Shown in pieces: positions 53,931 through 64,000 of a stretch of 64,000 nucleotides of DNA (positions are counted from its first letter, which is position 1; every line of letters starts with the position of its first letter). A program made the position numbers and the translations under genes. Origin of the DNA: the human T2T-CHM13v2.0 reference genome, Homo sapiens; NCBI RefSeq assembly GCF_009914755.1, contig NC_060942.1. One strand, given 5' to 3'. The notes beneath the pieces are model-generated. The model saw nothing but the letters and a program-made list of their open reading frames with translations. It had not been told where the DNA came from and did not search any database.

Positions 53931-55004
53931 ATAAACTCACCTAGTTTAGTGGAAGAATTGCTGCTGGAATCTGGCCTTTAGATTCCCAAGTTAATGCCAT
54001 CTACATCAAAACCTTAATATGTAGTAGGATAGTTGGATTAATTAAGAGGGTGCTTAACTCTTAGTTGAGTAGATTGTCTACTTAGTTTTCATTTTAGAGC
54101 ACCCTGAAGTTGGGGTTCTAAAGCCTTGTTTTAAAGCCAATAGAGCCTTTGGCTACAGTCTTTTGGAAGTTAGGGTTTTTATAAAACAAATGCATTGTTG
54201 GTGACATGATAAATGCAGATGAGAATAGAGCACAAATCTGCTAAAAATTTAGAATTTTTAAAAATGATAATGGAAATAACTCCCAAGAACATATAAACTA
54301 TGATCTGTTCAACATGCAGGTCTTTTCAGCTTTTCTTTCTCTTTGTCCCGGAGCTAAAGCTTGATTCAGGACCTGGCTGTGTGTCCTACTTGGAGCTGCT
54401 GAAAGGTCCCCACACATTCCAGTCAACCTATATCTTCCTTCTCCAGGGACCTTGTCATCTCAGCGAGTAGATTTAATTTGTCTTTAATATTAAATATGTT
54501 CAGTAAGTATGTGTGTATGTACGTGTGTCTGTTTAAACTTTACATTTGATTTTTCCTAATTATCCTTAGTGAATTCTTAGAAATGTGATCAGAAATACCC
54601 ATAATATTAAGAAAAGGAGAAAGAGAGACAGGAAAGGACTTAGTTAATTCAAAAACTGCATAATATATCAAGATATGATTGCTATCACATACTAACAGAA
54701 TGTTTAAGTTCTCTCACTCATGAAAAAAAACACACATCTTCCAGATAAAAAGGTAACACAAATGTGTGTACCTTAATCATACCCATATGTAAAACTAGAG
54801 CGGTGGCATGAATCCCAAGAAGTGGGCGGTTGCCCACAGCTGTACTTCTGTCTCAGATGGATAACTGCAATCACTAACCTTTTTTGAAGAATTTGATATG
54901 ATACTGAGAAAATAGTGATTAATCAAAGCCCCTTTTAAAATGGAAGACTTTCATCTATAGGCATTAACTTTTTATGATCAGAGAAAAAAGCAGTAAAGAA
55001 TAGG

Positions 55005-55190
55005 TGAAACATTTATTGTATACTTACTTTCGGTCCAGCATTATGCTTTACATACTTAAATTTCTAATTCATCTTATCTGTGAAGTGAGTACTATTGCAA
55101 ATATGAATTCACTTTACAGATGAGGAAACTGAGGCCTGGAGAGGTTAAGTAAATGATCTAAGGCGAATCCAGGTCAGAATGTGTGCTCTT
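55005..55190 (-). mobile_element. MIR
   Basis: acatttattgtatacttact...ttacagatgaggaaactgaggcctggagaggttaagtaaatg. Confidence 0.85.
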
Positions 55191-56546
55191 GAGGGCTATG
55201 AGGGATGTGGAGGATTAGTATAGGAGCACTGTCTGGTTGTAAATGGCAGGGCAGAAACCTGACCTTTGAACCACTCTGTGTTCTACCTGCTTCCGTGGCA
55301 GACCTTGTCCCAAATATTTCAGGATTGATCAAGCAAGTAACAATACTAGGTTATTGACTCACGGTTCTGTGAAGGAAAGAAAATTGAATATTTCTGAGAA
55401 AAATTGTACCAAAATAGAGAGTGCCCTTAAACTGTATCAGCTTGTGAGACGTGTTTTAGGCAAGAAGTTTCCAGTTTTTTTCCTGGGAAATGCTGTACAG
55501 CAGTGGGCCCTGGGAGGAACGGCATATACATTAAACTCCTTCCAGAGAACTATTTGTTCTCTTTTAGGGACAAGATGTGTTCTTAAAAGTTGGGCAGACT
55601 TCACATCTAATTCTTCTACTGTCGTTACAATTTCCTACACTAATCCTAAATTCCGTGGAGTTTTTATTACATTGGTTGGTGGCATTAGCCTGTCAACAGC
55701 TGGATGAGATAGAAGTTAGAAAATGGACTTTTTGAGGTCAGGAAGCTAAGCAACCAGAAGAACCAATTTGTCAACTTAAATCATCTGGGGAATGGAAAAA
55801 ATTATTCCACAATGTGGGAAATAAAAGACCGCCTGGAGCTACTGGTTTTTGTTTTTATTTTCTTTTTGTTATTCCTCTTTGCACTTCCCTTTTCCGAGCA
55901 GCATTATGTGTGGGTTATAGAAAGCTTACATGTTGACTTTGTTATGTGGTCATTTGATGTGGTCGCGCTAACGTTTATTGTAAATACTGTGAGTATTTTT
56001 CACCCTTCTGGCTTAATTACCTGTGGCCACATCAACCTGAATGTATTTGAGAGGTAAAGGGGCCCAAGACTTCAGTAAGAGCCTTTACTTAAAAAAAAAA
56101 AAAAAAAAAGAAGAAGAAAGAAAAAATTTTCATCTTTGTGTTGTTTATCTTTTAATAATGGGGCATTCATGCATTTTCCATATTTGGGGTGATAGTATTT
56201 GGGAAGGTGAACTTCATTTGCAGGTTTTATAAAACTTATTTCTTCACAATACTTAGGAATATATTTAGTATAATATTTTATAAAATTTAAATACTGTCTT
56301 ATTCCCTTAAAAAGGATATTCCTTATGCTCTGGTACAAGAAAAAAGACATAAGATTCTTTTGTGAAACCATGAGATGATGATGTTCATGACTGAAAACAC
56401 ATGTCCTCCCATGGGTATTGGCTGGGTGCTCTCTTTCAATTACTTTTGCTTAGTTTTTCCCTAGTATAATGCTTTATAAAATAAAACTTTATGTACTGAC
56501 ATGGCCCAAAATAAAACCCATTATTGGAAAAACCTATGTTTCTTAA

Positions 56547-56882
<336 letters not shown>

Positions 56883-57565
56883 TCATTCCTTTATTTTTTA
56901 TGTGAATTTCTTCTCTATTTTTTTGGGGTGATTTCAATGGACCATGAAATCCAGGTTACTGTTTCTTTAAATAGTGAAGCAAATACACAATTTAAAATAA
57001 TCTGAGCTTTTTTCTTAGCAGCCCGAAGAAAAGTGGTTAATTTTTACTCAGATTATCTCTTTTTCTTTTGACCATTGTGCTTTTACATATGAGCACAATT
57101 CATGAATGGATAATCTTAGTCATTAATTTCAAAACATTCTATTATGAAAACAATTTAATATTGATGAAATCAAGTTTTAAAAAAAGGTTTAAAGGGGAGA
57201 AAACTTGTAATAACCAGACAGCACATATTTAAATATAATAGTGTAATGGGAATGTTTTCTCTTTTCAAATGAATTTCCTTGTCTGCTAGTATTACTTATT
57301 AAAATAAGAGTATTTTTCTCTTAAAAGGTCCAATGAATTGAATTGCAATGAGTTTAAATGCCATAAATAGAATATTTTATAATACTTTGGAGGTTTCTAC
57401 TTACAAAAGGTGCTCTGAGATTCTTTTGCAAAATGAGAAATGAGTTTTCAAAATAAACACCCTGTTATTTGTGTTTATAATAGATTGTTAGATACTATAT
57501 TACCTTTACTTAAAGAGAAAGATGCTCGTATTTATGTTATTTTCAAATTAGAAAATCTTTCTATA

Positions 57566-58204
57566 CTGTGGAAACATTTTAAACTAATACACTTGACTAA
57601 TAATTCTCTATTACCTCTGTAGAACATGTAAACTGATGCCCACCCATGCTAAACACAGTAGAATTGTACGTCAGTTCTACTATGTAGAAGAGTCAGCTTT
57701 ATGTCAATTCATCTATGTAGAAGGGTCAGTTGTATATATCTCAACTGTCTTTATGCCAAATCTATTTGTAATTTAATTAATTTACAAGATTACTCTATCA
57801 AGAAAATTGAAGAAATATGAGTAGGGGAATAGAAAGAGAGTTATTCCATAAAAACTCAGATGAGTCCCTTGGAAAGACTAAAAGTGAGCTATTAAAAAAA
57901 TGCTATTGCACTAGGGTAAGCAAGCCAGCTGAAAAAAAATTGGAAAATAAGTAGAGGAAATCTAAGTAGGAAATCAGACAAAGTATAAATGGTTGAGGTT
58001 TATGCAAGACAAATGAGTGGGTATTCTAATTAGCACACCTATGCTCTGAAAAGACTATGGCCATACAGTAGAAGATGATATACGCTTATATCAGTTAAGT
58101 TCAAAATGAATTATTTATTTTGCAATTTTCATTTTGAAACGATGATCTTTCCAATTACCTAAACAATTAATCATTCCTCAAGGTTGAACAAAAGACCTTC
58201 TGTG
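57566..58204 (+). mobile_element. Ancient Tigger (Tigger15a-like) DNA transposon
   Basis: gaaagagagttattccataaaaactcagatgagtcccttggaaagact...ggtttatgcaagacaaatg resembles a decayed pogo/Tigger N-terminal HTH region; boundaries approximate. Confidence 0.65.
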
Positions 58205-60987
58205 CTAATGCTTACTATTAAGTATTCAATATATGTTTGCTTCATAGATTTCATTTCAGTTAATATGTCTACATAAAACTGTCATCTATTTGAAACAGTT
58301 ATGCATTTTCTGTCATATTAAAGTAGTTAACTAGAAAAATAATATGTTTTTCCCTAAAACTCTACAAAATTTGTATGATTAGACTTTGGAGTAGTTTTCT
58401 AGTTTTTAAAGTGAAACCCAGCAAATAATTAAATATTAAATAATTAATGTAAAAGCCACCTTTTAATTTATACAAAAGCTAATTTTAAGTAACAAATCTC
58501 ATTTGGCACTATTTATTAGGGGAGTAGTTCAGAATCGGGCACATTTTCATGCCTGTGGTTTAATCATCTTTCCATTTTACTTATGTAACGATTTCAACAA
58601 TTCCAGGAAAATCCTTAGTGTTTAGAAATGAATTTGATTCATGACCCACCTATTTTGTCAAAATGGTAAAGCTTTAGTTGTTTTTGTTTGGGTGACTTCC
58701 TAATCATTAAAAAATAAAGACATTTTGAGAAGGCTTATAAAAATAAAAAAAGTCATTTCAGTTGTAGGCTGCTGAAATGGGCCTTGGTTGTTGCAAAGTA
58801 TTAAAAGCACAAATGCTAATATAAACTGTGTAGCCTCAGAAGCAATATATGTGTGAGCTGTCTTTTCTGCCACTGTGGAATGCTACTCATTTTGGCTGTG
58901 AGACCAATAATAATTCAATATATAACACAGATAAAGACCAGCGATGGTGCCATTCTCTTCTGAATTTATAATACCTGGGAAATTAGAAGTCCATCCAGGG
59001 AGTGACACTGTAGAAGAATAGACCATGTAGCAACCCTGATAATCTCCTCAGAGGGTGCCATCTCCTCAGGAGTTTGCAAGGATCTTAGAATCCAGAGTCT
59101 GTCCCTTGCTCTTTTGAGAGACAGTAGCCAGGGTTTTGTCAGTCTGCCAGGATTGGGTCTCTGCCAAAACAGGTCATGTTGGTATTTTATTAATTTATAA
59201 TGAGAAAATAAGACAAGCCTGGGGAAACTGTGTGCCCACAACCTTTAGCCAGCCAGGACAGTCATTCTTTCTGGCGAGCTCTGTGGGGAACCCATTAAAA
59301 TCTGGTTTTTCTTGGTGAGCCTGGAAGCAGGGATTGGAATCCATTGGAAGACATCAGGTTTCTTTTGTAAACATATGCCCAGGATTTGAAGTGAGCTGTG
59401 TCAATACTCACAAAAACCCATTCTCCTCCCTTGCCTGTGTCCTGCCTGTACAGATAAGGGGTGCAGGTGGGATTACTGTCTCCAGAGTTTGCACCTGGGA
59501 TCTTTGTTAGCATGGCCTTAGGCAGTCATTGCAGAGTCACACACACCTGTGTCCCCCAGGTCCAGCCTTTGGGCAGGGGCATCCTCATTGCCTCTGGGCT
59601 TTGATGGACATTGCTGGTGGTGGTAGATCACCATTGATGACAAGATGATAACGGTGGATAAACATGGCTTTTACTTTGATGTGTCTTTTGTAAATGTTAC
59701 TTGCATACCTTTGTTGTGATTATAGTCCATTCCAGGCTCTTCCCATCTTGTTCCAGCTGTGTTTCTGACTTATCTCTCGTATACTGGAGGACTCGCTCTT
59801 CCCACAGGAAGCTGGGAACCTCAGTATTTGTGTGATTTTTATTACCTGGCTTTGCATTTCATTATACCCATTTCTCTGCTCCAGAGCCTTCCTCTGCTCT
59901 CCTGTGCTGAAATCCGAGCTTTCCATTAAGGCCTAGCACCTGTCTTACCTGAGCAGGGACTGCTTGCACATCCTGTGGTGTGCTCAGAGCGCTTTGTTAG
60001 TGATTCTAGGTGGTACTGGCCGCTCCTTCATACTGTGACAGTTATTTGAGTAACCTATGCAAGATTGAGAGCCCTTCTTGAGTGAGTGGCTTGTGTTCAC
60101 ATCATCCTTGTTTCCTCCAAGTTGGAATTGTCTAGGGAGGTCTCTGTATTTTTAGGGGGAGGTGGGGGATGGTTGGAGGGGAGAATGGCACGGACAAGGA
60201 GAAACGGGTTTCTGCTCTAGCATTTTGCATGCTTTACTATTTTTTGCCATGTGTCTTAGCACATTCGGAGGCCACCACAGGCCCTGTTTATCTTAAACAA
60301 CATGTTCCTGAGACACGTAACAGTGATACCGGGGTGGGTGAAATGAATTCAGGGTACCATTTTCTTATGTATTTAGCTATTGAATGAGCAATAATTTTAA
60401 GATGCACACTGAGGGTAAACTCTTACTCATAAAGCAGCCAGGCAAAACTCTGATGAAATATGAATCAATAGTCTCCTGTCAAGTGCAAGAATTCCATTGA
60501 AAAACTCAATCTCACAAGGGCAAATTCAGATTATTTCTGCAATGTGTTGAAATAAAATCTGGTATAAAAATCTTGAGTTAGATTTTTTGACATTATCTCT
60601 CACTAATATATTTCTGGGCTTCTCCCTTAATTCTTACAAAGGTTAGAGTGAGAAAGTTATTAGGTAAGTTATTGTGACCCAGGCAGCCATCCAGATAAAG
60701 GTTCATTCTAGACAAGGTATGTATTTCATGGGCAGTGAGAGGGAATATATGAAGATACAGTTTCCTACAAGATGGTGAAATTTTGGTTCTACTTTAATTG
60801 TAGCATAATAAAGAAATATGATATAGTCAGAACTGCTCTACATTTGTAAGGCTACGCTGGTGTGTCCTGGTCATGCCCATAGCCAGCTCTCTTTGAGCCT
60901 GTCTCTGAACAGATTGGAATCTGGCACGTGGTGATTAACAACACTTGCTCCCTTGACTTCAGGGGTTGTTGACTTGGTCATGTAGAT

Positions 60988-61163
60988 CAGTGATTCACAG
61001 CCATTACAGTGCATCAGAATCACCTGCCAGGAGGACTTGTGAAAACACAGATTGCTGGGCCCCAGCTCCAAAGTTGGGGTCGGGCCTAATAATTTGCATT
61101 TTTAATGTATTCTCAGGTGATGCACATGCTGCTGGTCTTTGGACCACCCTTGGAGAACTGTTG
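60988..61163 (+). mobile_element. MER5A
   Basis: cagtgattc...gtgcatcagaatcacctg...cttgtgaaaacacagattgctgggcccca...aatttgcatttttaa...ctcaggtgatgc...gagaactgttg. Confidence 0.88.
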
Positions 61164-61599
61164 GTATACAGGCTTACCTCGTTTTATTGTGCTTTGCTTT
61201 ATTGCGTTTCATAGATATACTTTTTTACAAATTGAAGGTTTGTGGCAATCTTTCATCTAGCAAATCTATTGGTGCTTTTTTTCCAACAGCATATTTGGAA
61301 AATAGGCCCACTTTGTATTTCTTTTTCAGATTTTGATAATTCTCACAGTATTTTAAACTTTTTCATTAGTATTGTATCTGTTACGGTGATCTGTGATTAG
61401 TGATCATCGATGTTACTATTGTAATTGTTTTGGGATGCCATGAACCGTGCCCATATAAGACTGTCAACTTAATTGATAAATGTGTGCTTTTCACTCCTCT
61501 GCTGCTGGGCTGGCTGTTACCCCATCTCTCTGCCTTTCCTTGGGCCTCCCTCTTTCCTGAGACTCAACAATATTAAAATTAGGACAATTAATAACCCCA

Positions 61600-63130
61600 C
61601 AGTGGCCTCTAAGTGTTTAAGAGAAAGGAAGAGTCACATCTCTCACTTTAAATCAAAAGCTAGAAATGATTTTGCTTGGTGAGGAAAGCATGTTGAAAGC
61701 CGAGATAGGCAGAAAGCTAGGTCTCTTGTGCCAGTTAACCCAACTGTGATTGCAGAGGAAAAGTTCTTGAAGGAGATTGAAAGTGCCACTACAGTGAACG
61801 AATGATAAGAAAGTGAAACAGCTTTATTGCTGATATGGATAATGTTTGAGTGGTCTGAATAGAAGATTAGATCAGGACAAAGCCTAATCCAGACCAAGGC
61901 CCTAACTCTCTTCAATTCTGTGAAGGTTGAGAGAGGTGAGGAAGCTGCAGAATAAAAGCTGGAAGCTAGCAGAGTTTGGTTCATAAGGTTTAAGGAAAGA
62001 GGCTGTTTCCAGAACATAAAAGTGCAAGGTGAAGCAGCAAGTGCAGATGCAGAATCTGTTATCCAGATTCTGCAGATGCAGCCTGTTATCCAGAAGATCT
62101 GGCTGAGATAATTGATGAAGGTGGCTACACTAAACAACAGATTTTCAGTGAAGATAAATTAGCCTTCTATTGGAAGAAGATGCCATCTAGGTCTTTCATA
62201 AGTTGAGAGGAGAAGTCAATTCCTGGCTTCAAGGAGAGGCCAACTCTCTTGTTAGGGACTAATGCAGCTGGTGACTTTAAGTTGAAGCCAATGCTTATTG
62301 ACCATTTTGAAAAATCCTAGGGCCCTTAAGAATGATGCTAAGTCTACTCTGCCTGTGCTCTGTAAAGGGAACAACAAAGCCTGGATGACAGCACATCTGT
62401 TTACAGTATGGCTTACTGAATATTTTAAGCCTGCTGTTGAGATCTACTACTCAGACAAAAAGATTCCTTTCAAAATATTACTGCTCATTGACAATGCACC
62501 TGGTCACACAAGAGCTCTGCTGGAGATGTACAAGGAGATTAATGTTGCTTTCATGCCTGCTAACACAGCATCCATTTTGTAGTCTACGGATCAAGGAATA
62601 ATTTGTACTTCCAAGTCTTATTGTTTAATAAATATATTTTGTAAGGCTATAGCTATCATAGATAGTTATTTCTCTGATTGATCTGGGCAAAGTAAATGGA
62701 AAACCTCCTGGAAAGTGTTCACTGTTCTAGATGTCATTAAAAACATTTGTGATTCATGGGAGGAGGTGAACATATCAGCAGGAGTGTAATATTAACAGGA
62801 GTTTGGAAGAAGTTGATTCCAACCCTCGTGAATGACTTTGATGAGTTCAGGACTTCAGTGGAGAAAGTAACTACAGATGGTGTAGTTACCCGGGAGGCGG
62901 ATGTTGCAGTGAGCTCAGATGGCACCACTGCATTCCAGCCTGGGCAACAGAGTGAGACTCCATCTTAAAATAATACTAATAATAAAGAAAAAGAAAAAGA
63001 AAAAAAATGAAATTGCCACAGCCACTCCAACCTTCAGCAGCCATTACCCTCATCAGCCAGCAGCCATCCACATCAAGGCAAGACCTTCCACCACAAAAAA
63101 AATTATGACTAGCCATAGGCTCAGATAACG
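61600..63130 (+). pseudogene. Disrupted Tigger1 (TIGD1-like) pogo-family DDE transposase
   Basis: ORF 62298-62582 encodes NPRALKN...[11 protein letters not shown]...[14 protein letters not shown]...[10 protein letters not shown]; the remainder has stops, frameshifts and an Alu insertion. Confidence 0.88.
62888..63007 (+). mobile_element. Alu right-arm 3' fragment with A-rich tail inside Tigger1
   Basis: acccgggaggcggatgttgcagtgagc...cagcctgggcaacagagtgagactccatct plus A-rich tail. Confidence 0.92.
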
Positions 63131-63344
63131 ATTAGCATTTTTTTTAGCAATAACATATTTTTAAATTAAGGTATGTACATTTTTTTAAAGACATAATGCT
63201 ATTACATACTTAATAAAATACAGTATAGTGTAAACATAACTTTTATATGCACTGGGAAACAAAACAAAATTATGTGACTCAGTTTATTGCTATATTTGCC
63301 TTGTTGAGGTTGTCAGACCCACAGTATCTGTGCGGATTACTGGT

Positions 63345-63499
63345 ACAGTATTCAGGGGATGCAGAGCTCTTAGATGTGGAGGGCTGACTTTTTGTATTAA
63401 TGGGTTCTGCAGGGTGTACTACAGGACTTCGGCATTCGTAGGTTTTCATATCTTCAAGGGGCCCTGGAACCAATCCTTGCAGATACTAAGGGCCAACTG
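63345..63499. mobile_element. MER8/MER2-like Tigger MITE, truncated at left
   Basis: cagtattcaggggatgc...gagggctgactttttgtattaatgggttctgcaggg...cctggaaccaatccttgcagatactaagggccaactg. Confidence 0.75.
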
Positions 63500-63686
63500 C
63501 ATTCTTGGGATAAAAGGTAGATTTTAACCAGCCCTATATTTGTTTAAGGAAAGGATAAAAAGTCTTTAAAACAAATAATTTACTATGTCTGAAGCCAATG
63601 ATCATTTTGCTTGATTCTGAAATTCTTAATGAGAAAACTCATTTGTATATTATATCCCTCTTGGAAACAATATACAACTTTCAAAT

Positions 63687-63699
63687 CCCCCCCCCCCCC
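63687..63699 (+). repeat. C13 homopolymer
   Basis: Read directly from the sequence. Confidence 0.95.
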
Positions 63700-64000
63700 A
63701 CTGTAATTTATTGTGGTTTTGGGCAAAAAGACTTAAAAATAATAAAACTCTGATATCTTAGTTTACAAATATTTAAATTTTCACATTAAAGAGCCTTAAA
63801 AGTTTATTTGAAGCACGTAACAGTATTTTTCTTTACCCTGATCTGTGACCAACCCTATACATTCTTATTCCTAGAAGGAAGACTCTTATAGGCACTATCA
63901 CAGTGATATAGAGATTCATGATGCAGACTGTACCGAACCACCTTACAGTATGCTGTTTGTTCATTAGACACTTGTCAGCAGAAATGGTTGAAGAAACATT

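Larger units (their letters stand above)
61169..63343 (+). mobile_element. Tigger1 DNA transposon, near full length, internally deleted
   Basis: Left TIR TA-caggcttacctcgttttattgtgctttgctttattgc; transposase-like body; degenerate right end tttattgctatatttgccttgttgagg...acccacagtatct. Confidence 0.95.

Noticed and set aside
61643-62137. Longest ORF in the track (164 aa, minus strand)
   Set aside because: Antisense shadow of the decayed Tigger1 transposase
63923-63953. Short hairpin gcagactgta/tacagtatgc
   Set aside because: Stem of about 10 bp, too short for a pre-miRNA and expected by chance

Overview
Primate, human-like euchromatic non-coding DNA. I find no credible protein-coding gene, RNA gene, CpG island or CRISPR array. 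The ORF track is explained by chance ORFs, Alu-derived frames and one broken Tigger1 transposase fragment. The window is a mosaic of about 17 Alu/FLAM copies, many MIR and L2 fragments, a few old L1M pieces, four MaLR LTRs (THE1B, MLT1) and many DNA transposon fossils (Tigger1, Tigger3b, Tigger15a-like, MER44, MER1A, MER30 x2, MER5A x3, MER8-like). Repeat-free blocks lie between them, some with dense homeodomain-site clusters. A G/T-biased + strand suggests, but does not prove, a long intron transcribed on +; I cannot name the host gene. The best leads are a perfect polypyrimidine-CAG|GTAAGT recursive-splice-site-like motif at 48569-48602, a 111-bp ungapped non-TE direct duplication, two tail-less Alus truncated at the same base but keeping TSDs, and an Alu fragment replacing part of Tigger1. 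Repeat subfamily names come from remembered consensus sequences, not a database search; boundaries of old elements are approximate.
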